A DNA stretch of 57,415 nt from Deltaproteobacteria bacterium (GCA_005888115.1 VBKO01000341.1:1-57415), one strand, 5' to 3'; numbered from the stretch's first letter, positions 1 to 14,354 are shown. Numbers and translations are program-made. The notes: generated by a model from the sequence alone, not told the origin.

Positions 1-2891
1 TTTCGCCGGCCTCGCCCGCGCTGCTCCTCCTCCGGATGCTCCTCGCCTCGCTGGTGGTGGTCCCGCCCACGTTCCTGATGGGAGCCACCCTTCCCGCGAT
101 CACGCGGGTCTTCACCGCGCGCGTGCCGGAGCTGGGACGCGAGCTGGCCCTCTTGTACGCGCTCAACACGGCGGGAGCCGTGGGCGGAAGCCTGCTCGCG
201 GGCTTCGTGCTCGTCCGCGCGGTGGGGGTGCATCCGACGCTCTGGCTGGCGGTAGCTGCCAACCTCGCCGTCGGCGTACTCGCGCTCGCGCTGGCCCGGC
301 GGAGCGAGGAGGTCCCGTCGGCCGCCGTCGAGGAGGAGAGTGGTCCATCCGCGCGCGGCGGGAACGCAGGCCTGCTGGTCGCGGTCGGGCTCTCCGGCGT
401 GGTGACGCTCGCGCTCGAGGTGATCTGGACGCGAGAGCTGGTGCTCGTCGTGGGCAGCTCGACCCACGCGTTCGTCACCATGCTCACCGCGTTCCTGGTC
501 GGTATCGCGGCCGGGAGCGCGCTCATGCGCGCGCTCGTCGTCCGCTTGCGAGACCGGCGCCGCGCGTTCGGCTGGTTGCAGGCGGGCATCGCCGCGTCGA
601 CGCTCGCCGCAATCCCGCTCATGAATGCGCTCGTCGCGCAGGCGCAGCAGTGGATGTTCGCGCTGGAGGGCCGCTGGATAGCGCTCGGCTTCGGGCGGTT
701 CGCGATCGCCTTCCTGATCATGCTCGTCCCGACGACGCTCATCGGCATGGTCTTCCCGCTCGCGGGCGTTCTCCACGTACGCCGCGCCGGGTGCCTCGGG
801 GGCCAGCTGGGGCAGGTCTACGGTGCGCTGACGCTGGGCAACATCGCAGGCGCCCTGCTGGCCGCGTTCGTGCTGCTGCCCCTCGTCGGCATGCAGCGCG
901 GCATCGTGCTGGCCAGTGCCGCTTCGCTGGCCAGCGCCGCGTGGGGCTTCCTGCCGGCGCTGCGCGCTCCTCGTCCGTGGCTGCGCGCGTCCCCGGCCCT
1001 CGCCGCCGCGGCGCTGTGGGCCGGTTTGCTCGCGCTCTGGCATCCGCCGCCGTTCAAGAGCGTCGAGGAAGGGCCCGCGGACCCCGTCCGCTTCTACCAG
1101 GAAGGCCTGGTCTCCACGGTGAAGGTCATCCAGCGCGCCGGCGACGCCAGCCAGCTGGTGATGCTGGTCGACGGAGTCCGGATCGGGCAAAGCAGCGCCG
1201 GAATCGACAACAAGCAGCAGGTGCTGGCGCATTTTCCCTTCCTGCTCCGCCCCGGAAGGCCGCCGGCCCGGGTGCTTTCCATCGGGCTGGGGACGGGCAT
1301 CCTCATCGGAGAAGTGGCGCGGCACCCGGGAGTCGAGTCCATCGAGTGCGTCGAGCTTTCGCCTTCGGTCATCGAGGGCGCCGGGCAGTTCTCGGCGTAC
1401 AACGGCGGCGTGCTGCGCGACCCCAGGGTGCGCGTCGTCGAGGACGACGGCGTGGACTTCCTGAAGCGCAGTCCCGCGCGCTACGACGCGATCATCTCCG
1501 ACGGCAAGTCACGGCTGGGGCAGTCCGGGAACGCGCTCTTCTACGCCCGGGAGTACTACCAGAGCGCGCGCCGCCATCTCGCGCCGGGCGGCGTCATGAT
1601 CCAATGGATGCCGCTCGAGGAGGTCGCCGAGGACCTGCGCATCATCGTCCGTACCTTCCTGGCCGAGTTTTCCTACGGCTACCTCTTCCTCGCCCACGAC
1701 TCGTCCTTCCTGGTCGGGATGCAGGAGCCTCTCTCGCTCGACCTGCCCCGGCTCCAGCGCGAGCTCGATGCGCCGGCCGCCGCCCACCTGCGACGCCACG
1801 GCTGGCGGGACGCGGCGGAGATCGCGAGCCTGCTGGTTGCGGGGCGGTCGTCGGCGAAGGCGTGGCTCGCCCACGAAGGCACCGTCAATTCGCTCGAGCA
1901 CCCCGTCCTCGAGTTCTACTCGATGCGGGCCCTCGCCGCGCCCGCGGCCGCCCGCCGCGGCGAGAACGCGGCCGCTCTCGCCGCGACGCGCGAGGGAGCG
2001 CTCCGCGAGGTGTCGTTGACCGGCGCCGATGCGGCTGCGCTCGAGTCCCGCAACCGCGCGCTGGGCCGCCTTCTCTCTGCCCTGCAGCTGATCGGCCGCG
2101 GCGAGCGCACGTCCCTCGACGGCGCCGCTGCGCTCCTCCGCGAGGCCGTCGACGGCGCTCCGCAGGGCGGAGTGATCCGGTCGTGGGCGTCGTCCTTGCT
2201 GCTTTCACTCGGCCTCGAGGTCGAGCAGGGGGGCGACGCGGCGCGGGCCCTCTCCCTCTATCGGTCCGCCGTGGAGGCATGGCCGGAGAGCGTGAACGCC
2301 CGTCTCCAGCTCGGACGGGCGTGGGCGATGCAGGGGCAATTTCGCGAGGCGGCCGGCGAGCTCGCGAAGGCGCTGGAGCTGAATCCAGATTCGGGCGCCG
2401 CGCACCGCTCGCTGGGAAGGCTGTTCCGGGACATCGGCGACCCGTACCAGGCGATCGGACATTACCGCGAGGCGCTGCGGGTGGCGCCCGACCAGGCGGA
2501 GGTCCGCGTCGAGCTGGGGCAATGCCTCGCGCTGGCGGGCCGGCCCGACGAGGCGCTGACGGAGTTCAGCGAGGCGATGCGGCTCGAGCCGCGCGCGCCC
2601 GTCCCCATGGCGTTGACGGCGATGCTGCTCGCCACGCATCCCAACGCGACCTCGCGGAACTCGACCGAGGCCATCCGGCTGGCGCGGGGCGCGGCCCAGC
2701 TCACGGGTTCCAAGGATCGCGGGGTGCTGGAGATCCTGGCCGCTTCCTACGCCGCGGCCGGCAGGTTCGGCGAGGCCGTGGAAGCGGAGCGCAAGGCGTT
2801 GGAGCTGGTCTCCGCGAGCACCGATCCCCAGGCCGCCGCGGAGATGAAGGCCGCGCTCGACTTGTACAAGCGCGGCCTCACCCGTCGCTGA
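1..2891 (+). CDS. Fused polytopic membrane / spermidine-synthase-like / TPR protein (5'-partial)
   Basis: The frame of the 36..2891 ORF stays open to the window edge with no upstream stop. It has many hydrophobic TM-like segments, then a spermidine-synthase/SAM-MTase-like core (VLSIGLGTGILIGEV, AIISDG), then C-terminal TPR repeats (e.g. GRAWAMQGQFREAAGELAKALELNPD). Confidence 0.8.
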   Translation, partial: SPASPALLLLRMLLASLVVVPPTFLMGATLPAITRVFTARVPELGRELALLYALNTAGAVGGSLLAGFVLVRAVGVHPTLWLAVAANLAVGVLALALARRSEEVPSAAVEEESGPSARGGNAGLLVAVGLSGVVTLALEVIWTRELVLVVGSSTHAFVTMLTAFLVGIAAGSALMRALVVRLRDRRRAFGWLQAGIAASTLAAIPLMNALVAQAQQWMFALEGRWIALGFGRFAIAFLIMLVPTTLIGMVFPLAGVLHVRRAGCLGGQLGQVYGALTLGNIAGALLAAFVLLPLVGMQRGIVLASAASLASAAWGFLPALRAPRPWLRASPALAAAALWAGLLALWHPPPFKSVEEGPADPVRFYQEGLVSTVKVIQRAGDASQLVMLVDGVRIGQSSAGIDNKQQVLAHFPFLLRPGRPPARVLSIGLGTGILIGEVARHPGVESIECVELSPSVIEGAGQFSAYNGGVLRDPRVRVVEDDGVDFLKRSPARYDAIISDGKSRLGQSGNALFYAREYYQSARRHLAPGGVMIQWMPLEEVAEDLRIIVRTFLAEFSYGYLFLAHDSSFLVGMQEPLSLDLPRLQRELDAPAAAHLRRHGWRDAAEIASLLVAGRSSAKAWLAHEGTVNSLEHPVLEFYSMRALAAPAAARRGENAAALAATREGALREVSLTGADAAALESRNRALGRLLSALQLIGRGERTSLDGAAALLREAVDGAPQGGVIRSWASSLLLSLGLEVEQGGDAARALSLYRSAVEAWPESVNARLQLGRAWAMQGQFREAAGELAKALELNPDSGAAHRSLGRLFRDIGDPYQAIGHYREALRVAPDQAEVRVELGQCLALAGRPDEALTEFSEAMRLEPRAPVPMALTAMLLATHPNATSRNSTEAIRLARGAAQLTGSKDRGVLEILAASYAAAGRFGEAVEAERKALELVSASTDPQAAAEMKAALDLYKRGLTRR

Positions 2892-2897
2892 CGAAGA

Positions 2898-3335
2898 TCA
2901 GGGGGCCACCGTTCCCCGGCCGCCGGACGGACCCGATCCCGTCGACATGATGGTGGGCAATCCGCGGCGTTGGGTGAACGAGAGCTGCGGCTGATCGAGG
3001 CAGTCGTGCGTCCGGCGGCGCGTCTCGTTGATGTCCTCGACATAGCGGCAGGTCCAGCTCGGGACATGGCTGCCGGTCAGCACTTCGCGCTGGCAAAGCA
3101 TCTCGCCGTTGCTGCCTTTGCGGGAAGCGAGCCCCAGCTCGTCCGCGGTAGTCGCGAGGCCAGTCATCGCGTCGTAGTGGGTCGCGGCGACGACCAGCGC
3201 TCCACTCTGCGAGTGCCCCATGTAGAGACCCGGCGAGCGGTCCGAGCTCGCCAGGTCCTCGGTCGGTACATTCCTGTTCGCGCCGGCGCAACCCGCAACA
3301 AGCACGACGCAGAGCGCGGTCGTCCTCGCTAACAT
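2898..3335 (-). CDS. Putative lipoprotein, no family assigned
   Basis: ATG at 3335 is directly preceded by GGAGGAG. The N-terminus MLARTTALCVVLVAGCAG is a signal peptide plus lipobox. Third-position GC is high. Confidence 0.6.
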   Translation of the reverse strand: MLARTTALCVVLVAGCAGANRNVPTEDLASSDRSPGLYMGHSQSGALVVAATHYDAMTGLATTADELGLASRKGSNGEMLCQREVLTGSHVPSWTCRYVEDINETRRRTHDCLDQPQLSFTQRRGLPTIMSTGSGPSGGRGTVAP

Positions 3336-3766
3336 ATGCTCCTCCGTTCGATGTGGTGCTGCCTGCCGCCCCTCGGCCACGCACAATGCGCCACGCGCGC
3401 TCTCCTGCGCAACTCGGGCGCGCGCAAAAAGGACGAAAAGTCGATACGCGAAGCGCGCCGATCCTTCGCGATCCGTTCGTGGGCAGACTGACGCCAGCGC
3501 CTGCCTTCCTGGCGGGCGTCGAAGCAGCTCGGCACGCTCGCCGCGCGAGCCGGTGAAGAAATCCCGGAAGCGCTCACGACCAAGCCGGCGAAGGCGATCA
3601 GATGCGACGCGAACGGGTCGGCCTCGCCCCTGTTCCTGAGGGCGTAACCCCCACAGTTTCGTCGGTTTCGTCGCGGCGCGGCAGAAAGGCTTGCATTCCA
3701 GCGCCCCGGGCGTTCAGTCTTGCAGAGATTGCTCCTCCGCCGCGAGGACGTCCGGGAGCGAAGAAG

Positions 3767-8363
<4,597 letters not shown>

Positions 8364-8374
<11 letters not shown>

Positions 8375-9761
8375 TGGGAAAGCCGACCGGATTCCTCGAC
8401 TACGCCCGCGGGCCCGTCCACGAGCGCCCGCCGCTCGAGCGCATCCGCGACTGGGAGGAGATGCACACGGATGCCCCGTCAACAACTTCATTCCCGAATG
8501 GAACGACCTGGTCTGGCGCGGGCAGTGGAAGGAAGCGTGGATCCGGCTGGCGAAGACGAACAACTTCCCCGAGTTCACCGGCAGGGTCTGCCCGGCGCCG
8601 TGCGAGGGGAGCTGCACGGTCGCCATCGATCTGCCGGCGGTGAACATCAAGATGATCGAAGAGGCCATCGCCGACCGCGCGTTCGCCGAGGGATGGGTGA
8701 AGGCCGACCCGCCGCCCTTGCGCACCGGCAAGCGCGTGGCGGTGGTTGGCTCGGGCCCGGCGGGCCTCGCCGCCGCCGCGCAGCTCAACCGCGCCGGCCA
8801 CGAGGTGACCGTCTTCGAGCGCGCCGACCGCATCGGCGGGCTGCTCATGTACGGCATCCCCAACATGAAGCTCGACAAGAAGCTGGTCGACCGGCGCGTG
8901 CAGCTGATGTCCGAGGAGGGCGTCCGCTTCGTCACCCGGGTGGAGGTCGGCAAGGATCTCCCCGGCGAGCAGCTGCTGCGCGAGTACGAGGCGATCGTCC
9001 TCGCCGGCGGCGCCACGCACGCGCGCGAGCTGCCGGTCGAGGGCCGGAGCCTTGTCGGCATCCATCCCGCGATGGATTTCCTCACCGCGAACACGAAGTC
9101 GCTGCTCGATTCGCGGCTCAAGGACGGCCAGCACATCTCCGCCAAGGACAAGCACGTGGTGGTGATCGGCGGCGGCGACACCGGCACCGACTGCGTGGGC
9201 ACGGCGATCCGCCATGGCTGCCGCAGCCTGACGCAGCTGGAGATCCTGCCCCGGCCGCCGGAGGTCCGCGCGGCCGACAATCCCTGGCCGCAATGGCCCA
9301 AGACGTACCGGCTGGATTACGGGCAGGAAGAGGCGAAGGCACTCTGGGGCAGCGATCCGCGGGTGTACTCGGTGATGACCAAGCGCTTCCTGGGCGACGA
9401 GCAGCGCAACGTCCGCGAGCTCTTGTACGTCGGAGTGGAGTGGGTGAAGGGGCCCGACGGGCGATTCGGTCCGCGGGAGATCTCCGGCACCGAGAAGGTC
9501 ATTCCGGCGGAACTGGTCCTTCTCGCGATGGGGTTCCTCGGACCGGAGAAGCCGCTTCTCCAGCAGCTCGGCGTCAAGGTCGACGAGCGCGGCAACGTCT
9601 GGACCGACCAGACCAAGATGACCAGCGTCCCGGGGGTCTTCGCCGCCGGCGACATGGCGCGCGGCCAGTCGCTGGTGGTGTGGGCGATCCGCGAAGGCCG
9701 CCATGCCGCCCAGCACGTCGACCGGTATCTGTCGTACGGCGACACGGTGCTTCCGCCGTAG
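8364..9761 (+). CDS. gltD: Glutamate synthase small subunit, N-terminus disrupted (frameshift plus missing Cys-rich segment)
   Basis: The long ORF carries [57 protein letters not shown] and GGGDTGTDC. The canonical N-terminus [31 protein letters not shown] is in another frame, starting at ATG 8374, which overlaps the gltB stop. See finding. Confidence 0.9.
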
Positions 9762-9769
9762 CGTAGCTT

Positions 9770-10552
9770 TCAGCGATTGGGCGGCTCGGTGGCGGCGGGC
9801 GCTCCGTGCCGGCCGGCGCCGGCGGCGAAGAGCTGCGCTCCGCCGATCCCTTCCAGGGAAAGCGCGTGCACTCCGTGGCGCAGCTCGTTCTGCAGAGCGA
9901 CGGGCAGATCCATCGTGTGCTGCTCGAGCGCGGAACGGCGGTCGCCGCGCAGGCACGCCTGCGGGAGATCGGCGAGCTGGCGGGCCAGCTCCTCGGCGGC
10001 GGCGCGCGAGGCCCCGCGCGGCACGACGCGGTTGGCCAGCCCGATCTGCAGGGCCTCGGCGGCCCCGATCGGCCGGCCGGTGAGGATCAGGTCCAAGGCG
10101 CGCGAGAGTCCGATCAGGCGCGGCAGCCGCACGGTGCCGCCGTCGATGAGCGGGACGCCCCAGCGGCGGCAGAAGACGCCGAGCACCGCGTCTTCCTCGA
10201 CGACGCGCAGGTCGCACCAGAGCGCCAGCTCCAGGCCGCCCGCGACCGCGTGCCCGGCGACGGCGGCGACGACCGGCTTGTCGAGCACCATGCGGGTAGG
10301 GCCCATCGGTCCGTCGCCCTCGGGCGCGACGCGGTTCGGCTCGCCGGCGGCGATGGCCTTCAGATCGGCGCCCGCGCAGAACGTACCGCCGGCGCCCCAG
10401 AGCACGGCCACGCGTGCCTCCGGGTCCGCCTCGAAGGCACGGAATGCGTCGGCCAGCGCCTGCGCCGCGAGTCGATCGACGGCGTTGCGCACCTCGGGTC
10501 GCTCCAGGATGACGGTGGTGACGGGTCCCTGCTTCTCGATGCGCACGGGCAT
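9770..10552 (-). CDS. Enoyl-CoA hydratase/isomerase (crotonase) family protein
   Basis: 260 aa starting MPVRIEKQGPVTTVILERPEVRNA. Crotonase motifs are present (WGAGGTFCAGADLK, AVAGHAVAGGLELALWCD). The rest of the 954-aa ORF is an antisense shadow. Confidence 0.9.
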   Translation of the reverse strand: MPVRIEKQGPVTTVILERPEVRNAVDRLAAQALADAFRAFEADPEARVAVLWGAGGTFCAGADLKAIAAGEPNRVAPEGDGPMGPTRMVLDKPVVAAVAGHAVAGGLELALWCDLRVVEEDAVLGVFCRRWGVPLIDGGTVRLPRLIGLSRALDLILTGRPIGAAEALQIGLANRVVPRGASRAAAEELARQLADLPQACLRGDRRSALEQHTMDLPVALQNELRHGVHALSLEGIGGAQLFAAGAGRHGAPAATEPPNR

Positions 10553-10608
10553 GTCGGCCTCCTCGCGCGGAGCATACGCCCAGCCGCCGCCAGATTCGGC
10601 GGCGCTGT

Positions 10609-10641
10609 GCTTTTCGCGGCGGTGCTGCGCTTTTCGCGGCG
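10609..10641. repeat. Direct repeat GCTTTTCGCGGCG x2 with 20-nt period in a divergent promoter region
   Basis: GCTTTTCGCGGCG occurs at 10609-10621 and again at 10629-10641, between the crotonase start (10552, minus) and the amidohydrolase start (10682, plus). Confidence 0.35.
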
Positions 10642-10681
10642 CCGACTGGACGGCCCCGCGGGGCGATGGCAGAACGCGCCG

Positions 10682-12070
10682 ATGCTCAGCGCTCTGATGG
10701 TTGCCGCGGCGCTTTCGCCGGCGGTCCAGGCGTTCGTGAAGATCGACAAGCCCGTGGTCGCGATCACACGGGTCCGCGTCATCGATGGGACGGGCGGGCC
10801 GCCGCGCGAGGACCAGACGGTGGTGATCTCGGGCGGGAAGATCGCCGCCGTGGGACCCTCGGCGAGCACGCCGGTTCCGCAAGGCGCGTTGGTGCTGCAG
10901 CGCGAGGGTGGCACCGTGCTTCCCGGTCTGGTGGGCATGCACGACCACCTCTTCTATCCGGCGGGCGGCGCCATCTTCCACGCGATGCCGCGCAGCTTCC
11001 CGCGCCTGTACCTGGCCGCGGGAGTGACCACCATCCGCACGACCGGGAGCATCGAGCCGTACACCGATCTGGAGGTGAAGAAGGAGATCGATGCCGGCAA
11101 GCAGCCCGGGCCGCGCGTGCACGTGACCGGTCCGTACCTGGAAGGGCAGGGCACCTTCACGCCGCAGATGCACGAGATCCGCGATCCGGACGACGCGCGC
11201 CGGACGGTGGAGTTCTGGGCGGAGCAGGGGGCCACTTCGTTCAAGGCGTACAATTTTCTCACCCGGGCCGAGCTGGGCGCGGCGATCCAGGCCGCGCACG
11301 CGCGCGGGATCAAGGTGACCGGACACCTGTGCTCGATCGGCTTCCGCGAAGCGGCGGCGCTCGGCATCGACGATCTGGAGCACGGGCTCGTGGTGGACAC
11401 CGAGTTCTTCTCGGGCAAGAAGCCGGACGAGTGCCCGTTGCCGCGGGCGGCGGCCATCGAGCTGTCGCGCATGGACATGGGGTCGCCGCAGATCCAGCAG
11501 TTGGTCGCCGAGCTGGTGAAGCGGAAGGTGGCGATCACCTCCACCCTGCCGGTCTTCGAGCTGTTCGATCCGACGCGCATGACGCAGCCGCGCGCCCTGG
11601 AGGCGATGTCGCCCGATGCGCGGTCGCTCTATCTGCAGAACCAGCTGCGCAACGCGCAGCCCGCCAAGGACGCCGCGGACTGGAAGAAGCTGCTGCAGCT
11701 GGAGATGCAGTTCGAGCGGGCGTTCGCCGCGGCGGGAGGGACGCTGCTCGCCGGCTGCGATCCCACCGGAAACGGCGGCGTCCTGGCCGGCTACGGCGAT
11801 CAGCGCGGAGTGGAGCTGCTGGTCGAGGCGGGGTTCACGCCGGTGGAGGCGATCCGCATCGCGACGATGAACGGGGCGCAGTTCCTGGGAGAAGCGGAGC
11901 GGATCGGGTCGATCGCGCCGGGCAAGCTCGCCGACCTCGTGCTGGTGGAGGGTGACCCTTCCAAGCGAATCGCGGACGTCGAGAAAGTGGAAATCGTCTT
12001 CAAGGATGGCGTCGGGTACGATCCCGGCAAGCTGATCGATTCGGTCCGCGGCACCGTCGGTCTGCGGTAG
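10682..12070 (+). CDS. Amidohydrolase family protein (metal-dependent hydrolase)
   Basis: 462 aa with a signal-like N-terminus (MLSALMVAAALSPAVQA), the HxH motif (GLVGMHDHLFYP) and an imidazolonepropionase/prolidase-like layout. Confidence 0.85.
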   Translation: MLSALMVAAALSPAVQAFVKIDKPVVAITRVRVIDGTGGPPREDQTVVISGGKIAAVGPSASTPVPQGALVLQREGGTVLPGLVGMHDHLFYPAGGAIFHAMPRSFPRLYLAAGVTTIRTTGSIEPYTDLEVKKEIDAGKQPGPRVHVTGPYLEGQGTFTPQMHEIRDPDDARRTVEFWAEQGATSFKAYNFLTRAELGAAIQAAHARGIKVTGHLCSIGFREAAALGIDDLEHGLVVDTEFFSGKKPDECPLPRAAAIELSRMDMGSPQIQQLVAELVKRKVAITSTLPVFELFDPTRMTQPRALEAMSPDARSLYLQNQLRNAQPAKDAADWKKLLQLEMQFERAFAAAGGTLLAGCDPTGNGGVLAGYGDQRGVELLVEAGFTPVEAIRIATMNGAQFLGEAERIGSIAPGKLADLVLVEGDPSKRIADVEKVEIVFKDGVGYDPGKLIDSVRGTVGLR

Positions 12071-12105
12071 CGGGTATTCATGCGCGCCGGTGTTATGGTC
12101 GCGTC

Positions 12106-12624
12106 GTGGCCCCCTCGTCACGGCAGCGTTCGTCGACGACCAAGGGAAAAGGGGCGATCGCGCCGGCGGAAGCCGCCCGTCGGCGCACCGAGGTACGGCG
12201 GGAAGAAGCGGAAGAGCGCCGCCGAGGCGCGGAGCAGAAGCGCTCGACGGCGGAGCGCAGCCGGCGCATGTCGGAAGAGGTCCGGAAGGCCGCCGAGACC
12301 GCGAGAAAAAGCGCCGAGCGCGCGCGTCTCGCCGCCGAGGTCGCGCGGGAGGCCGCCGACGAGTCGCGACGCGCACTCGACGAAGCCCGCCGGATTTCGG
12401 AGATGCTCCGGCGCAAGTCCGAGCACGAACGCGTCGCTTCGGAGCAGACCAGGCGTGCGGACGAGGCCCGCTTTGACCAGGCGGTTCGCCAAGCGGTCCG
12501 TGAACAGTCGGAAGTCTCGGCCGAGATGCGCCTGGCCGCCCAGGCTTTCGGCGCGAATCCGGTCGTCGGGCAAGCGGGGGAGGCGCGCGCGGCCGGCCCT
12601 CGCGCCCGGCGCAAGCGCAGCTGA
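12106..12624 (+). CDS. Arg/Glu-rich predicted coiled-coil protein, hypothetical
   Basis: GTG start. Of the four overlapping ORFs here, this frame has the consistently G/C-ending codons. 172 aa of R/E/A-rich helical sequence, 9 nt upstream of the next gene. Confidence 0.55.
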   Translation: MAPSSRQRSSTTKGKGAIAPAEAARRRTEVRREEAEERRRGAEQKRSTAERSRRMSEEVRKAAETARKSAERARLAAEVAREAADESRRALDEARRISEMLRRKSEHERVASEQTRRADEARFDQAVRQAVREQSEVSAEMRLAAQAFGANPVVGQAGEARAAGPRARRKRS

Positions 12625-12633
12625 GAGGCACCA

Positions 12634-13059
12634 ATGCCCGTCTTCCACTCCCGATGCCATTGCGGCAACTTGCAGGCGGAGCTGGAGACCCGGCTGCGAG
12701 CGGAAGAGCTGACGCTGCGCTCCTGCCAATGCTCCTTCTGCACCAGGCACCGGGCCCGCACGGTTGCGGACAAGGAGGGTCGCGCGCGCATTCGCGTCTC
12801 GGACCCGGACCTGCTCAGCCGCTACCAGTGGAACCTGCGCAGCGCGGAGTTCCTCGTCTGCAAGCGCTGCGGCAACTATCTGGGCTGCGTCATGTCCGTC
12901 GGCGACGGTTGGGTGGCCTCACTCAACGCGAACCTCTTCGCCGAGTCGACGCAGCTCACCCAGCCCGCGCTGGAGGTGAGCTACGACGCGGAGACACTCG
13001 AGGCGCGGCGCCGGCGCCGGGAGGAGAACTGGACGCCCGCGGTGTGGGAACGCCCCTGA
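12634..13059 (+). CDS. GFA family (CENP-V/glutathione-dependent formaldehyde-activating-like) zinc protein
   Basis: 141 aa with the Cys clusters SRCHCGN, CQCSFCTRH and CKRCGNYLG that are typical of GFA-domain proteins. Confidence 0.85.
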   Translation: MPVFHSRCHCGNLQAELETRLRAEELTLRSCQCSFCTRHRARTVADKEGRARIRVSDPDLLSRYQWNLRSAEFLVCKRCGNYLGCVMSVGDGWVASLNANLFAESTQLTQPALEVSYDAETLEARRRRREENWTPAVWERP

Positions 13060-13733
13060 GAAAGGTGGAGATTGCTAGCTCGCGGATAGGAAGCCGGGAA
13101 CTCGACCTTTCCGTCGAACCCACGACACGCGATCGTCGTTCCAAGCGCCGGCGCATGTCCGGAGCTCTCAAAACCGAAGATTGGAGACGCCGGCAGCCCG
13201 TGGAGGACGCCCTTTGAATGATGAGGCCCCGGTGGCGGGACGAACTTCGTCAGAACGGCAGGCTCACTGCGCTGCGGACACCTCCGACCTTCCATTTTGA
13301 GGGGCTCCGGGACATCTGAAGGGGTCGAGACGTAGTTCAGCCGGCTGAACTAGCTGTCTGGTCCCGAACGGTCCGAACCGGGCACATCGGTGACCGGGCG
13401 CGTGCCCGGAGGAGCGCGTGCCCTGAAGGGTGACTGACCCAGTGTCGGAGCGTCTGGCCGAGATGAGAAGGGCCAGCGCAGCGACTCTCGTTCGCGGTCG
13501 TCGCAGCAACCGCTGCCGCAGCCCTGAGCACGACGTGGGATCCTCGCCGTCGTTGCCCTCGATTCTCCCCTGAAAAGCAAGCGAGACCCCAGCGTGATTT
13601 GTCCGCGGACGCGGAATGCACGCTCTCCTGCTCCCGGAACCCGCCGGGGCGCACGAGCGAAAGTGACCGATGATGAGCCCCGGGGGGATTCGCGGTCATT
13701 CCAGATCTTTCCGGGAAAGCGTCCGGCGCAGGC
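13060..13733. other. ORF-free lower-GC island; candidate structured ncRNA(s) or decayed remnant, family not assignable by eye
   Basis: 674 bp between two convergent stops. Only short ORFs with poor GC3 are present. It contains a perfect 20-nt palindrome at 13333-13352, a long-range inverted repeat (13155-13165 with 13304-13315), several 6-7 bp stems, and the direct repeat ATGATGAG(G)CCCCGG at 13218 and 13670. Confidence 0.3.
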
Positions 13734-14315
13734 TCAGAGGAGGAGCTTGAGGTACTCGTACCCGCCGCCGTGGATGTCTTCCATCGAGAAGCCGTCCTCC
13801 TCGGTTCCGGGCGCCAGGTACACGGCGTCGGCCACGACGTTCGCGAAGTTGAGCAAAGGCACGGTGGCGATCAGCCGGCCGAAAGTCAGGCGCGTCCAGT
13901 ACTCCGACTTGGGGACGTCGCAGCGCTCGGCGAGGGTCCGGTCGCTGTTGGTGTCGGCCTCGACCAGGAACACGAGCGTGACGACGACGTAGCGCTTCTC
14001 GGCGGAGATGCGGCTCACCTCGTCGGCGGCCGTGCCGAGCTCCTCTTTCTCGGTGGCCAGGCTGCCTTCGATCTCGCTGGACCACGATTCGAACTCCTCG
14101 TCCGCCCCCTCCCCGCGGATCAAGTCCCAGTAGCCCATCTCGAAGGCGGGGACCGCCTCGTTGAGCACCGCGGCGACCCGCTTCCAGAAGGCGCGCTTCT
14201 CCGCCAGCGACTGCTCACTGGCCGACCGGGCGATGACCTCGTGAAGCTGGGGTCGCAGCGGATCGGTGATGAAGTTCGTCACCACCACCTGGATCCCGAA
14301 GAACGTGTTCGACAT
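13734..14315 (-). CDS. Hypothetical acidic cytoplasmic protein (193 aa)
   Basis: Strong GC3 bias; MSNTFFGIQVVVTNF...; last gene of the minus-strand string, 39 nt after the preceding CDS. No family recognised. Confidence 0.7.
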   Translation of the reverse strand: MSNTFFGIQVVVTNFITDPLRPQLHEVIARSASEQSLAEKRAFWKRVAAVLNEAVPAFEMGYWDLIRGEGADEEFESWSSEIEGSLATEKEELGTAADEVSRISAEKRYVVVTLVFLVEADTNSDRTLAERCDVPKSEYWTRLTFGRLIATVPLLNFANVVADAVYLAPGTEEDGFSMEDIHGGGYEYLKLLL

Positions 14316-14354
14316 TGGCGAACCTCGTGCCGTGAAGCGCGAAAGTCCGGGGGC

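Noticed and set aside
3680-3695. Sigma54-like element GGCAG-N6-TTGCA about 72 nt upstream of the gltB start.
   Set aside because: The spacing between the GG and GC dinucleotides is one nucleotide longer than the strict -24/-12 consensus (TGGCAC-N5-TTGC), and the -24 half is imperfect. It is not reliable without TSS data.
8440-8480. Programmed ribosomal frameshift as an explanation for the two-frame gltD N-terminus.
   Set aside because: There is no slippery heptamer or downstream structure at the junction. In addition, about 25 conserved residues including the Fe-S cysteines are simply absent, which a frameshift would not restore.
13219-13320. A 33-codon ORF (MMRPRWRDELRQNGRLTALRTPPTFHFEGLRDI) with GGAGGA 10 nt upstream inside the non-coding island.
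   Set aside because: Its third-position GC (~74%) is well below that of genuine genes here, the SD spacing is long, and there is no recognisable motif. It is kept only as an alternative explanation within the island finding.
13060-13733. Assignment of the ORF-free island to tmRNA, RNase P RNA, SRP RNA or a tRNA.
   Set aside because: I looked on both strands for a GGGG...UCCACCA acceptor pairing with a T-arm and an ...ALAA-stop tag frame, for the GGAAAGUCCGGGC and ACAGAAxCCGGCUUA P4 strands, and for the SRP GGAA-loop helix. Only loose partial resemblances were found (e.g. GGAAGCCGGGAAC, GACCAGACAG), not the invariant cores. A covariance-model search is needed before naming it.
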